DNA of 64,000 nucleotides from Clostridia bacterium (GCA_045545475.1 JAZQAZ010000008.1:32001-96000); one strand, 5' to 3'. Shown: positions 9,098 through 18,566, counted from the stretch's first letter. Made by a program: numbers and translations. Notes: a model not told the origin generated them from the sequence alone.

Positions 9098-9937
9098 GTG
9101 AAATTTGCGAAAAGATTTTCTGTTATGACCTTGGGCTGTATACTTCTGGCTCTCGGAGTATATTTCTTTAAGATACCAAACGGTTTTGCAACAGGAGGAG
9201 TAACGGGTATTGCAACTGTTCTTGCGAAAATTATTCCTGTTTCGCCGGCTGTGCTTATCTGGGGCTTTAACATTATTTTAATGATTGTAGGATTTGTCTT
9301 TTTGGGAAAAGAGAGTGGTTTTAAAACGGTTTATTGCTCCATGCTTTACTCTGCAATAACCTATCTTCTTGAACTTATCGTTCCGTTAAATGCTCCGCTT
9401 ACGGATCAGCCGTTTCTTGAACTGTTTTACGCCATGATTCTTACATCCGTCGGATCCGCGATGATTTTTAATGCAGATGCATCAAGTGGCGGAACTGACA
9501 TTGTGGCTCTGATACTAAAAAAATATACTTCGATAGATGTCGGAAAAGCTTTGCTGATAGTTGACTTTTTTGTAGCGGCAAGTTCGTTTGCAGTTTTTGG
9601 AATAAAAACAGGATTATATTCTCTCTTGGGACTTTTTGCAAAAGCGTTCATTGTGGATGCTGTAATAGAAAACCTTAATACGTGTAAGTATTTTGTCGTA
9701 ATAACTGCAAAAAGAGAAGAAATTGCAGAATTTATTATAAAAGAACTTCATCACGGTGCAACGGTAAATACTGTTATCGGCGAATACACAAAAGAAGAAA
9801 AGTCCATGATACATACTGTATGTAAAAGAAGCGAAGCAATTAAACTTAGAAATCGCATAAGGGAAATTGATCCTCATGCATTTATGATAATTACAACCAG
9901 CAGTGAAATAATCGGAAGAGGCTTTAAGAGCGTCTGA
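9098..9937 (+). CDS. YitT-family membrane protein
   Basis: GFATGGVTGIA, ASSGGTDIVALI, IDPHAFMII motifs; likely GTG start at 9098 after ggagg (ORF track starts at 9080). Confidence 0.85.
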   Translation: MKFAKRFSVMTLGCILLALGVYFFKIPNGFATGGVTGIATVLAKIIPVSPAVLIWGFNIILMIVGFVFLGKESGFKTVYCSMLYSAITYLLELIVPLNAPLTDQPFLELFYAMILTSVGSAMIFNADASSGGTDIVALILKKYTSIDVGKALLIVDFFVAASSFAVFGIKTGLYSLLGLFAKAFIVDAVIENLNTCKYFVVITAKREEIAEFIIKELHHGATVNTVIGEYTKEEKSMIHTVCKRSEAIKLRNRIREIDPHAFMIITTSSEIIGRGFKSV

Positions 9938-9940
9938 GAT

Positions 9941-9968
9941 AAAAAAGCATGCATCGCATGCTTTTTTT
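9941..9968 (+). terminator. Intrinsic terminator
   Basis: aaaaaagcatgc-atc-gcatgcttttttt. Confidence 0.8.
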
Positions 9969-10002
9969 ATTTATGGGAAAGCAAAATTTGCAAAAAGAAG
10001 GG

Positions 10003-10116
10003 TTGAAAAACCTTGGACTTAATGATAATATATAAAAAAAGAATAATGATGCAACTTTTAGTTGCGGAATATTCAAGCTTTGGTTGGTTGTAATAATTGA
10101 ATAATTTTGGTAAAAT
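10003..10116 (+). promoter_or_regulatory. Tandem sigma-A promoters with two candidate XRE operator boxes between them
   Basis: P1 TTGAAA(10003)-17-TAATAT; P2 TTGTAA(10088)-17-TAAAAT; palindrome GCAACT-ttt-AGTTGC (10051-10065) and degenerate copy caagctttggttg (10074-10086). Confidence 0.6.
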
Positions 10117-10147
10117 CCGAGTAGAATAATTAAAAAGGGATGATTAT

Positions 10148-11761
10148 ATGACTATAGGTGAAAAAATTGCAAGCCTCAGACAGAGAGCGGGACTTTCGCA
10201 AGAAGTTCTGGCTGAAAAAATGGATGTTTCACGTCAATCAGTTTCTAAATGGGAAATGGATCAGGCGTTGCCGCAGATTGATAAAGTACTTATGCTTTGT
10301 GAACTTTTCAATGTATCTTCGGATGAATTGTTGAGAGGTAATATTGAAATTGAAAAAAACATAAAAGAACATAACAGATATTTCGGTACAGACGGATTCA
10401 GGGGAGAAGCGAACATCAGCCTCACTTCTGTGCAGGCATATAAAGTCGGACGCTTTCTGGGATGGTATTTTTCTTCTGAACTTTCAGGGTGCAGCAAAGC
10501 AGGATATAAGCCTAAAATAGTAATAGGTAAAGATACAAGACGTTCCAGCTACATGCTGGAGTATTCAATCGTTGCCGGAATAACCGCATCAGGTGCCGAT
10601 GTGTATATGCTTCATGTTACAACAACTCCCAGTGTTTCTTATGTAACAAGGCAGGATGACTTTGATTGCGGCATAATGATAACGGCGTCGCATAATCCGT
10701 ATTATGATAACGGCATTAAAGTAATAAACAGATACGGAGAAAAGCTCGACGATAAGACGACAGCACTGATAGAAGCGTATCTTGACGGGGATATAAAATC
10801 ACTGGGAGTTTCGGGAGAAGATTTACCTTTGGCCAGCCGTGAACATATCGGATGCATTGTGGATTATGTATCCGGAAGAAACAGATATGTTGGATACTTG
10901 ATTTCACTGGCATCAAATTCTTATAAAAATCTTCGTATCGGACTTGATTGTGCCAACGGTGCATCATGGATGATTGCAAAGGCGGTATTCGGAGCACTCG
11001 GAGCACAGACTTTTGTTATCGGAGCGGAACCGGACGGATTGAATATCAATGCCGAGTGCGGTTCAACGCACATAGAGAAGCTTTCAAGGTTTGTTAAAGA
11101 AGAACATCTTGATGTGGGTTTTGCATTTGACGGAGACTGCGACAGATGTATTGCCGTGGACGGAAACGGAAATGTTGTTGACGGAGATGCAATGCTTTAT
11201 ATATTAGGAAAGCGATTAATGGCGAGGGGAATGCTCAATAAAAATACAGTGGTTGCAACTGTAATGTCGAACAGCGGATTTGTAAAATGCCTTAATGAAG
11301 CGGGAATGAAATGTGCACAAACCACAGTAGGAGACAGGTTCGTTTATGAATGTATGCAGGAGAACGATTATAGTCTTGGCGGTGAGCAGTCTGGCCACAT
11401 AATACTTAAAAAATATGCAACTACCGGCGACGGACTTCTTACAGCCATAATGATTTCCGAGGAAATTTGTGACAGTAAGCTTTCTCTGGCAGAACTTGCT
11501 GAGCCTGTTAAGCTTTATCCGCAGTACACCGTAAATGTAAAGGTAAAGGATAAAAATGTGGTTATGAAGGATGAACGTGTATTGGCGGAGGTTAAGAATG
11601 TGGAAAAACTGATTAACCATAATGGAAGAGTACTTTTAAGAATGAGCGGAACAGAGCCTGTTATCCGTGTAATGGTTGAGGCTGAAAGTGAAGAAAAAAG
11701 CATAGAATATGCAGAAATGGTTGCATGCAGTATAATCGAAGGGGGTCACAAAGTTGAGTGA
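10148..11761 (+). CDS. glmM: XRE-family HTH domain fused to phosphoglucosamine mutase
   Basis: aa 1-65 MTIGEKIASLRQRAGLSQEVLAEKMDVSRQSVSKWE (XRE HTH); then YFGTDGFRG, ITASHNP, DGDCDR, GGEQSGH, RMSGTEPVIRVMVE. Confidence 0.9.
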   Translation: MTIGEKIASLRQRAGLSQEVLAEKMDVSRQSVSKWEMDQALPQIDKVLMLCELFNVSSDELLRGNIEIEKNIKEHNRYFGTDGFRGEANISLTSVQAYKVGRFLGWYFSSELSGCSKAGYKPKIVIGKDTRRSSYMLEYSIVAGITASGADVYMLHVTTTPSVSYVTRQDDFDCGIMITASHNPYYDNGIKVINRYGEKLDDKTTALIEAYLDGDIKSLGVSGEDLPLASREHIGCIVDYVSGRNRYVGYLISLASNSYKNLRIGLDCANGASWMIAKAVFGALGAQTFVIGAEPDGLNINAECGSTHIEKLSRFVKEEHLDVGFAFDGDCDRCIAVDGNGNVVDGDAMLYILGKRLMARGMLNKNTVVATVMSNSGFVKCLNEAGMKCAQTTVGDRFVYECMQENDYSLGGEQSGHIILKKYATTGDGLLTAIMISEEICDSKLSLAELAEPVKLYPQYTVNVKVKDKNVVMKDERVLAEVKNVEKLINHNGRVLLRMSGTEPVIRVMVEAESEEKSIEYAEMVACSIIEGGHKVE

Positions 11762-12416
11762 TAATATTAAGAATAAAGATTTGTTTGATATCAAAAATTC
11801 TTACATTGCACCGATTTTTGATGACTGCGAGTATCCTTGGGAGATAATATGCAAAATTAAAAGTTATATAGAAAATTTGATAAAAGAAGGAATACCCGGA
11901 TATACATTGCTTAAAGATGGCGTTCTTGTGGGTGAAAATGTTAAAATATACGATACCGTAACGATAGAGCCTCCTGTTGTGATAGGAAGCGGTACAGAAA
12001 TACGCCCCGGAGCTTTTTTGAGAGGAAACGTAATAACGGGAGAAAATTGTGTTATCGGAAATTCAACTGAAATAAAAAATGCTGTATTGCTTGACAAAGT
12101 CCAGATTCCTCACTATAATTATGTAGGAGATTCTGTGTTGGGAAATCATGCACATATGGGTGCCGGTGCGGTTTGCTCAAATCTTAAATCCGACGGAAAA
12201 GATGTGGTGATACACGGAAATGGCAACTATGAAACTCATCTTCGAAAGCTTGGCGGAATTTTAGCTGACGGAGCGGATGTTGGTTGCGGTTGTGTTCTTA
12301 ATCCCGGCACGGTAATCGGGAAAAATACCTCGGTTTATCCGCTTACGGCATTAAGAGGGATTTATCCCGAAAACTCTATAGTAAAAGGACAAAACACAGT
12401 CGTTAAAAGAAAGTGA
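11754..12416 (+). CDS. Stand-alone left-handed beta-helix acetyltransferase resembling the C-terminal (glucosamine-1-phosphate N-acetyltransferase) half of GlmU
   Basis: Hexapeptide repeats, EIRPGAFLRG, GNSTEIKN, PHYNYVGDSVLG; no N-terminal nucleotidyltransferase GxGTR motif. Confidence 0.7.
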   Translation: MSDNIKNKDLFDIKNSYIAPIFDDCEYPWEIICKIKSYIENLIKEGIPGYTLLKDGVLVGENVKIYDTVTIEPPVVIGSGTEIRPGAFLRGNVITGENCVIGNSTEIKNAVLLDKVQIPHYNYVGDSVLGNHAHMGAGAVCSNLKSDGKDVVIHGNGNYETHLRKLGGILADGADVGCGCVLNPGTVIGKNTSVYPLTALRGIYPENSIVKGQNTVVKRK

Positions 12417-12426
12417 GGATTTTTTT

Positions 12427-13137
12427 ATGAAGTATATTATCGCAAAGGATTATGAAGAATTAAGCCGTAAAGCGGCAAATATCATTGCATCTCAGGTTAT
12501 AATGAAGCCTGATTGTGTTCTCGGCCTTGCAACGGGTTCATCTCCGGTGGGAACATATACGAGGCTTAGCGAAATGTGTACCTCAGGTGATGTGGATTTT
12601 TCTTTGGTTACAAGTGTTAATCTTGACGAATATGAAGGACTTGACGGTACAAATGACCAAAGTTACAGATATTTTATGGATAAGAATCTTTTCGAAAAAA
12701 TAAATATTGATAAGAAAAATACTCATGTTCCAAACGGATGTGCAAAAGACCTGAAAAAAGAAGGCGAGGAATATGACGCCTTGATTAAGAGCCTGGGCGG
12801 AATTGATATTCAGCTTCTGGGTATCGGTCTTGACGGACATATCGGCTTTAATGAGCCTGATGAATTTTTCACCAAAGAAACCCATGCGGTTGAACTTGAT
12901 CCTTCCACAATCGAGGCAAATTCCAGATTTTTTGCTTCAATAGAAGACGTTCCTAAGCGTGCAATAACAATGGGAATGATGTCAATCATGCAGGCAAAAA
13001 AGATTTTGCTTATAGCTAACGGAAAAAATAAAAAGGAAATTCTTGACAAGGCATTAACAGGTCCAATAACTCCTATGGTGCCTGCATCAATTTTACAGCT
13101 TCATCCGGATTTAACTGTAATATATACAGAAAATTAA
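12427..13137 (+). CDS. nagB: Glucosamine-6-phosphate deaminase
   Basis: LGLATGSSP, NLDEY, LGIGLDGHIGFNEP, VPASILQLH. Confidence 0.93.
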   Translation: MKYIIAKDYEELSRKAANIIASQVIMKPDCVLGLATGSSPVGTYTRLSEMCTSGDVDFSLVTSVNLDEYEGLDGTNDQSYRYFMDKNLFEKINIDKKNTHVPNGCAKDLKKEGEEYDALIKSLGGIDIQLLGIGLDGHIGFNEPDEFFTKETHAVELDPSTIEANSRFFASIEDVPKRAITMGMMSIMQAKKILLIANGKNKKEILDKALTGPITPMVPASILQLHPDLTVIYTEN

Positions 13138-13141
13138 ATGT

Positions 13142-13173
13142 AAACTCAGACGCATCAGGCGTCTGAGTTTTTT
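13142..13173 (+). terminator. Intrinsic terminator
   Basis: aaactcagacgc-atcag-gcgtctgagttt plus T run. Confidence 0.85.
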
Positions 13174-13197
13174 ACTTAGACAAAATTTTGCTTTTTG

Positions 13198-13226
13198 TAA
13201 TAAGCGTAAGATATCTTTCATAAGTT
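13198..13226 (+). promoter_or_regulatory. Putative sigma-E (mother cell) promoter of spoIIID
   Basis: taATAag-14 nt-CATAagtT resembles the SigE consensus; spoIIID is a known SigE target. Confidence 0.5.
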
Positions 13227-13256
13227 ATAATAAATAATTTATGGGAGATGCTTTGA

Positions 13257-13538
13257 TTGAGAGAATATATCGAAAACCGAACATTGACTCTTGGCGAATA
13301 TATTGTGGAAAATAAAAGCACGGTTCGCACGGCGGCAAAGAAATTCGGCATTTCTAAATCCACAGTACATAAAGATGTTTCCGAAAGACTCAGAGAAATT
13401 GACAGAGGACTTTTTGAGGAAGTCAGAGCTATCCTTGACGAAAATAAAGAAGTAAGGCATATAAGGGGCGGATTGGCTACAAGAAAAAAGTATTCGGAAA
13501 AAAGAAAAAATAGTATTGTTAAGAAGGAAAAAATGTGA
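13257..13538 (+). CDS. spoIIID: Sporulation transcription regulator SpoIIID
   Basis: YIENR..YIVENKSTVRTAAKKFGISKSTVHKDVSERL..RHIRGGLATRKKY. Confidence 0.95.
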   Translation: MREYIENRTLTLGEYIVENKSTVRTAAKKFGISKSTVHKDVSERLREIDRGLFEEVRAILDENKEVRHIRGGLATRKKYSEKRKNSIVKKEKM

Positions 13539-13568
13539 TATACTGTTAGAAATACACTAAAAGATACG

Positions 13569-14699
13569 GTGATTTTATTGAAACGACGCGGATTTAAGTA
13601 TTTTCTGAATAATTTCGACTGGAGCATTTTTGTTCCTGCATTTTTGTGCAGCCTTTTCGGACTTGCACTTATTTATAGTGCAGGTCTTGCTGCGGGAACC
13701 AGTACCAGAGATATTACGGTGCAATCAATCGCTCTTGCGATAGGCATTCTCGCCATGGCTTTTACGTGTTATATTGATTATGATATTTTGGATGCTTTGG
13801 GATGGGTTATCGGAGGATTTGGCATAGCTGTACTCGTTTTGGTACTTGTAATCGGTACAGGCGGAGAAGAGGTTGGTACCAAAGGATGGATTAATTTGGG
13901 GACTGTCAGCGTGCAACCTTCTGAGTTTGCAAAAATTGCTTTTATAATTTCCATGTCAAGCCATATAACTAAGGTTGAAGAAAAAATTAACGAGCCAAAA
14001 AATTTGTTTTTCCTTTTGCTTCATTTTGGAATTTTTGCGGGCCTTGTGCTTTGTCAGCCTGACTATGGAACGACCATGGTTTTTGCGTTTACATTTATAG
14101 GTATGCTTTTTATGGCCGGAGTGCGACTTAAATATTTCGGTATGGCGATTTTAACGGCTGTTGTTGCGGCCGTTCCGGTATGGACGTTTGTATTAAGTGA
14201 TTTCCAGAGAGCAAGAATATTTACATTCCTGAACCCCGAACTTTCGCCTCTTGATGATGGTTATCAGGTGCTACAATCAATGCTCGCCATAGGCTCGGGG
14301 CAGCTTACCGGAAACGGATACATGAAGGGAAATCAAACCCAGATGGGATATCTTCCGCAAGCGAGAACGGACTTTATCTATTCTGTTGTAGGTGAAGAAT
14401 TTGGTTTTCTTGGCTGTGTTTTGGTGCTTTTACTTCTTCTTTTTATAATTTACAGATGCTTTGCAGCATCTAAAAAGGCTAAAGATACTTTCGGAAGTAT
14501 GTTGTGTATAGGAGTGGGATGTTTTCTTTTATTCCATACGATAGAAAATATCGGTATGTGCCTTAATCTTTTGCCGGTAACGGGAATTCCGCTTCCGTTT
14601 TTCAGTTCGGGAGGATCTAACCTTTTGGCTTCTTATATGGCGATAGGTCTTGTTCTTAATGTTAAGTTCCGCCATAAGGTATATGGACTGTGGTTATAG
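13569..14699 (+). CDS. rodA: SEDS-family peptidoglycan polymerase (RodA/FtsW/SpoVE), most like RodA
   Basis: VQPSEFAK, QPDYGT, GYQVLQSMLAIGSG, TDFIYSVVGEEFG, PVTGIPLPFFSSGG. Confidence 0.8.
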   Translation: MILLKRRGFKYFLNNFDWSIFVPAFLCSLFGLALIYSAGLAAGTSTRDITVQSIALAIGILAMAFTCYIDYDILDALGWVIGGFGIAVLVLVLVIGTGGEEVGTKGWINLGTVSVQPSEFAKIAFIISMSSHITKVEEKINEPKNLFFLLLHFGIFAGLVLCQPDYGTTMVFAFTFIGMLFMAGVRLKYFGMAILTAVVAAVPVWTFVLSDFQRARIFTFLNPELSPLDDGYQVLQSMLAIGSGQLTGNGYMKGNQTQMGYLPQARTDFIYSVVGEEFGFLGCVLVLLLLLFIIYRCFAASKKAKDTFGSMLCIGVGCFLLFHTIENIGMCLNLLPVTGIPLPFFSSGGSNLLASYMAIGLVLNVKFRHKVYGLWL

Positions 14700-14728
14700 A
14701 AAAATGCTTGCACGGCAAGCATTTTTTT
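14700..14728 (+). terminator. Intrinsic terminator
   Basis: aaaaatgcttgc-acg-gcaagcattttttt. Confidence 0.8.
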
Positions 14729-14786
14729 GTTGTGATTTTGGCATATAAACGGGGAAGAAAACGGAGTATAATAAGCAATAATACTA

Positions 14787-14815
14787 TTGAAAAAAATGTC
14801 ATTTTGTGTTATGAT
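14787..14815 (+). promoter_or_regulatory. sigma-A promoter of the MATE-prmA-citrate synthase unit
   Basis: TTGAAA-17-TATGAT with TG extension; the TTG start used by the ORF track is this -35 box. Confidence 0.6.
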
Positions 14816-14834
14816 ATATATTGAGGTGGATTAC

Positions 14835-16208
14835 ATGCTGAAAAAATTATTTGCACCGACGGATATGACGGTTGGATCTCCGTGGAAGAGCATACTTATT
14901 TTTACTCTGCCAATGTTAATAGGAAACGTTGCTCAGCAGCTTTATAATACGGTAGACAGTATAGTGGTTGGTAAATATATAGGTGATAACGCATTTGGTG
15001 CGGTAGGAACAGCTATGCCGCTGCTTAATCTTCTTTTGGTACTCTTTATGGGTGTTTCCACAGGTGCCGGGGTAATGGTTGCACAGTATTTCGGAGCTAA
15101 AAGCAGGGAGAAGCTTTCATACACTGTGGGAAATGCCATAACGCTTACGGCAATTTGCAGTATATTGCTTATTGTAATAGGTGTGCCGGGACTAAGACCT
15201 ATGATGAGTCTGCTTAAAGTTAAACCGGAACACTTTGAGTGGTGCTATGATTATCTCATGATTTCCATTATCGGAATCGCCGGAATGGGATATTACAATA
15301 TATTAAGCGGAATTATAAGAGGTATGGGAGACTCGGTATCTGCCCTTATATATCTTCTTGTTGCTGCAGGAACCAATATTGTTTTGGACGTATTGTTTGT
15401 GGCACAGATTGGAATGGAAGTTGGCGGAGTTGCTCTTGCAACAATTATTTCTCAGATTTTATCTTCGGCGTTATGCCTTGTGAAACTCAGCAAAATGAAA
15501 AACAATTTTGATTTCGGATTTAAGTACTTAAAACCCAAGAAAGAGTATATGATGAAAATAATAACTCTTGGCGTTCCTTCAGGCTTAACCCAGGCTATAT
15601 TTTCTTCAGCAATGCTTATTGTGCAGGGACTTACCAACAGCTTCGAAACAAACTTTGTAAATGCAAATATAATTATCATGCGTGTTGACGGTTTTGCGAT
15701 GATGCCGAACTTTTCATTTGGTATGGCTCTTACTACTTATGCAGGACAAAATGTGGGGGCAAAGTTATATGACAGAGTAACAAAAGGTGCGAAGCATGGT
15801 ACTTTGATGGCCTTTGCTTGCTCTGCGATAATTACGGTAGTAATATTGTTTTTCGGAAAAGGCCTCATGGGAATATTTACGGAAACCAAGGAACTTGTTG
15901 ATTTAAGCTATTATCTTATGCTGATTCTTGCTCCGGGTTATCTTGCAGTTGCAATAACTCAGGGACTTTCGGGAATAATGCGAGGTGCGGGAGATACAAT
16001 GACTCCCATGTGGATTTCACTGATTACCACGGTTGCACTCAGAGTTCCTTTGGCTTACGGAATTTGTGAGTTTACAAAGACACCGCTGCTTCCTGAGGGA
16101 AGATATGAATGTATACAGATTTCGCTCCTTGCTTCATGGGTAATAGGTGCGGTTTTGACGGTTATATTCTATGCACGGGGAAAATGGAAAACGAAGGCTA
16201 TAAAATAG
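14835..16208 (+). CDS. MATE-family efflux transporter
   Basis: DMTVGSPWKSILIFTLPMLIGNVAQQLYNTVDSIVVG, RGMGDS, GQNVGA, RGAGDT; ATG at 14835 after gaggtgg. Confidence 0.9.
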   Translation: MLKKLFAPTDMTVGSPWKSILIFTLPMLIGNVAQQLYNTVDSIVVGKYIGDNAFGAVGTAMPLLNLLLVLFMGVSTGAGVMVAQYFGAKSREKLSYTVGNAITLTAICSILLIVIGVPGLRPMMSLLKVKPEHFEWCYDYLMISIIGIAGMGYYNILSGIIRGMGDSVSALIYLLVAAGTNIVLDVLFVAQIGMEVGGVALATIISQILSSALCLVKLSKMKNNFDFGFKYLKPKKEYMMKIITLGVPSGLTQAIFSSAMLIVQGLTNSFETNFVNANIIIMRVDGFAMMPNFSFGMALTTYAGQNVGAKLYDRVTKGAKHGTLMAFACSAIITVVILFFGKGLMGIFTETKELVDLSYYLMLILAPGYLAVAITQGLSGIMRGAGDTMTPMWISLITTVALRVPLAYGICEFTKTPLLPEGRYECIQISLLASWVIGAVLTVIFYARGKWKTKAIK

Positions 16209-16234
16209 TCTTGGTAATATAAAGGAGATAAACT

Positions 16235-17179
16235 ATGGATTATACAAAAGTTACGATATACACAAACAGCGAAGGCGTTGAATTAGTTGGTGCTGCTCTT
16301 TACGACCTTGGAATAGTAGGGCTTCAGATAATGGATAAAAATGATTTTGAAGATTTTATGAAGCAAAATCTTCGTGCATGGGATGTTGTAGATGAAGAAC
16401 TTATGAATTCCATGCTCTCGCAGGAAACACAAATATCTTTTTATCTTGAAAATAATGACGATAAAGAAGAAACTGTTGCAAAGGTAAAAGACGAAATGCA
16501 AAAGCTTTCCCTTCAAGGCTCTTTCGGAAGATTAAAAGTTGAAGAAACCGGAGTCAAGGAAGAGGACTGGGCAAACAACTGGAAAAAATATTATAAGCCT
16601 TTGCGAATAGGAGAACATATAATAATAAAACCTACCTGGGAAAAAGTAACACCCGGCGACAATGATGTGATAGTTGAGCTTGACCCGGGAATGGCATTCG
16701 GAACCGGCGGACATGCCAGCACGCATATGTGCCTTGAGTTTCTTGAAAAAATCGTAAAGAAGGGCGACAGAGTTTTAGATATCGGAACAGGAAGCGGAAT
16801 ATTGGGAATTGCAGCATTAAAGCTTGGAGCAGCAAGCGTCACAGCTGTGGATATTGATCCTCTGGCTGTTAAAATTTCAAAGGAAAATGCAAATCTTAAC
16901 GGATATGCCGAACCGGATTTTACGGTTTTCGAGGGAGACCTTGCCGATAAGGTTTCCGGAGAGTATGATATAGTTCTTGCCAACATTGTGGCTGACATTA
17001 TCTGCGAACTTTCAAAATCTGTTTGCAAATATATTAAACCGGATGGTAAATTTATTACTTCGGGAATTATAGATTTTAAGTCTGATAAAGTGAGAGAAGC
17101 ACTTAGGGAAAACGGGGTAAAGATTCTTGATGAAAAGACAAAAAATGACTGGTATTCGTTCTTTTGCGAAAAAGCATGA
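16235..17179 (+). CDS. prmA: Ribosomal protein L11 methyltransferase
   Basis: EEDWANNWKKYYKP, LDPGMAFGTG, VLDIGTGSGIL, ANIVADII. Confidence 0.93.
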   Translation: MDYTKVTIYTNSEGVELVGAALYDLGIVGLQIMDKNDFEDFMKQNLRAWDVVDEELMNSMLSQETQISFYLENNDDKEETVAKVKDEMQKLSLQGSFGRLKVEETGVKEEDWANNWKKYYKPLRIGEHIIIKPTWEKVTPGDNDVIVELDPGMAFGTGGHASTHMCLEFLEKIVKKGDRVLDIGTGSGILGIAALKLGAASVTAVDIDPLAVKISKENANLNGYAEPDFTVFEGDLADKVSGEYDIVLANIVADIICELSKSVCKYIKPDGKFITSGIIDFKSDKVREALRENGVKILDEKTKNDWYSFFCEKA

Positions 17180-17195
17180 CGCTAAATGAAAGGAT

Positions 17196-18542
17196 TTGAT
17201 GACATTGGATATTTTTGACAGTGCGTTTATAGAAAAGCTTAAAGGGGTATATTCAATAAGTCCCGAAACATATGAAAAATATGATGTTAAAAGAGGACTT
17301 CGTAACAAGGATGGCACAGGTGTCCTTGTTGGTTTGACTTCAATAGGTGACGTTCGTGGTTACATAATTGAAGAAAAGGATAAAATAAATGTACCCGGTA
17401 AACTTACTTACCGTGGCGTAAACATGGTCGATATTTATAAGGAAAACGAAAAAAGGGGAAGACATGCTTTTGAGGAAACCATGTATCTTATTCTTATGGG
17501 TGAGCTTCCTACGGATGAAGAGCTTGCGGAATTTAAAAAAATTCTTGCGGACAACAGAGAGCTTCCTCCCGGTTTCACAGAGGATATGATATTGAAAGCA
17601 CCCAGTCCAAATATTATGAATAAGCTTGCAAGAGCGGTGCTTGCATCCTATTCCTATGATAAAAATCCCGACAGCTTATCTCTTGAAAATCTTCTTCGTC
17701 AATCTATTGAGCTTATAGCAAGATTTCCGTCAATGGCGGCGTATGGTTATCAGGCCAAAAAACATTATTATGACCATGACAGTTTGTATCTTCACAGCCC
17801 CAGACCGGATTATGATACCGCTGAAAACATACTTCATATGATAAGACGTGATAACAAATTTACCGAGCTTGAAGCAGAAATTCTGGATCTTCTTTTGGTT
17901 ATTCATGCTGAGCACGGTGGTGGTAACAACTCTACATTTGCAACTCATGTTGTATCCTCAAGCGGAACAGATACCTACAGTGCCATAGCTGCGGCGGTGG
18001 GTTCATTGAAAGGACCTAAGCACGGTGGAGCAAATGCAAAAGTGACGGGAATGGTTGATGAAATTAAAGCTTCCTGTAACTGGAAAGATGAGGGAGAATT
18101 AAAAGATTACCTTGTTAAAATAATACGTAAAGAAGCCTATGACAAGACAGGTCTTGTTTACGGTATGGGACACGCCATTTATACTTTGAGTGACCCGAGA
18201 TCCATGCTCCTTAAAGAAAAAGCAAAAGAGCTTGCATATCACATCGGAAAAGAAAAAGAGTTTGAAATGTATGACAGGATAGAAACTATGACGCCTGAAA
18301 TTTTCAACGAGCTCAGAGGAAATAAAAAGCATCTGTGTGCCAATGTTGACCTTTATTCAGGATTTGTTTACAGCATGCTGGATATACCTGAAGAACTCTA
18401 TACACCTCTCTTTGCCATAGCAAGAGTGCCAAGCTGGTGTGCACACCGTATGGAGGAAATTATTGCGGGCGGAAAGATAATTCGTCCTGCATATAAGAGC
18501 GTAAGTGTTAAAAAATCTTATGTTCCGGTGGAAGACAGATAA
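17196..18542 (+). CDS. gltA: Citrate synthase (Si-type)
   Basis: HAEHGGGNNST, LKGPKHGGAN, YGMGHAIY, ANVDLYSG. Confidence 0.9.
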   Translation: MMTLDIFDSAFIEKLKGVYSISPETYEKYDVKRGLRNKDGTGVLVGLTSIGDVRGYIIEEKDKINVPGKLTYRGVNMVDIYKENEKRGRHAFEETMYLILMGELPTDEELAEFKKILADNRELPPGFTEDMILKAPSPNIMNKLARAVLASYSYDKNPDSLSLENLLRQSIELIARFPSMAAYGYQAKKHYYDHDSLYLHSPRPDYDTAENILHMIRRDNKFTELEAEILDLLLVIHAEHGGGNNSTFATHVVSSSGTDTYSAIAAAVGSLKGPKHGGANAKVTGMVDEIKASCNWKDEGELKDYLVKIIRKEAYDKTGLVYGMGHAIYTLSDPRSMLLKEKAKELAYHIGKEKEFEMYDRIETMTPEIFNELRGNKKHLCANVDLYSGFVYSMLDIPEELYTPLFAIARVPSWCAHRMEEIIAGGKIIRPAYKSVSVKKSYVPVEDR

Positions 18543-18547
18543 AAAAG

Positions 18548-18566
18548 GGGCGTGCAAAGCACGCCC
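18548..18566. terminator. GC hairpin after citrate synthase (no T tail on the + strand)
   Basis: gggcgtgc-aaa-gcacgccc. Confidence 0.45.

Noticed and set aside
14787-14834. N-terminal extensions given by the ORF track (also at 25604, 30245, 40263, 49196, 59933)
   Set aside because: The upstream starts fall in promoter boxes or the previous gene; downstream starts have proper SD sequences
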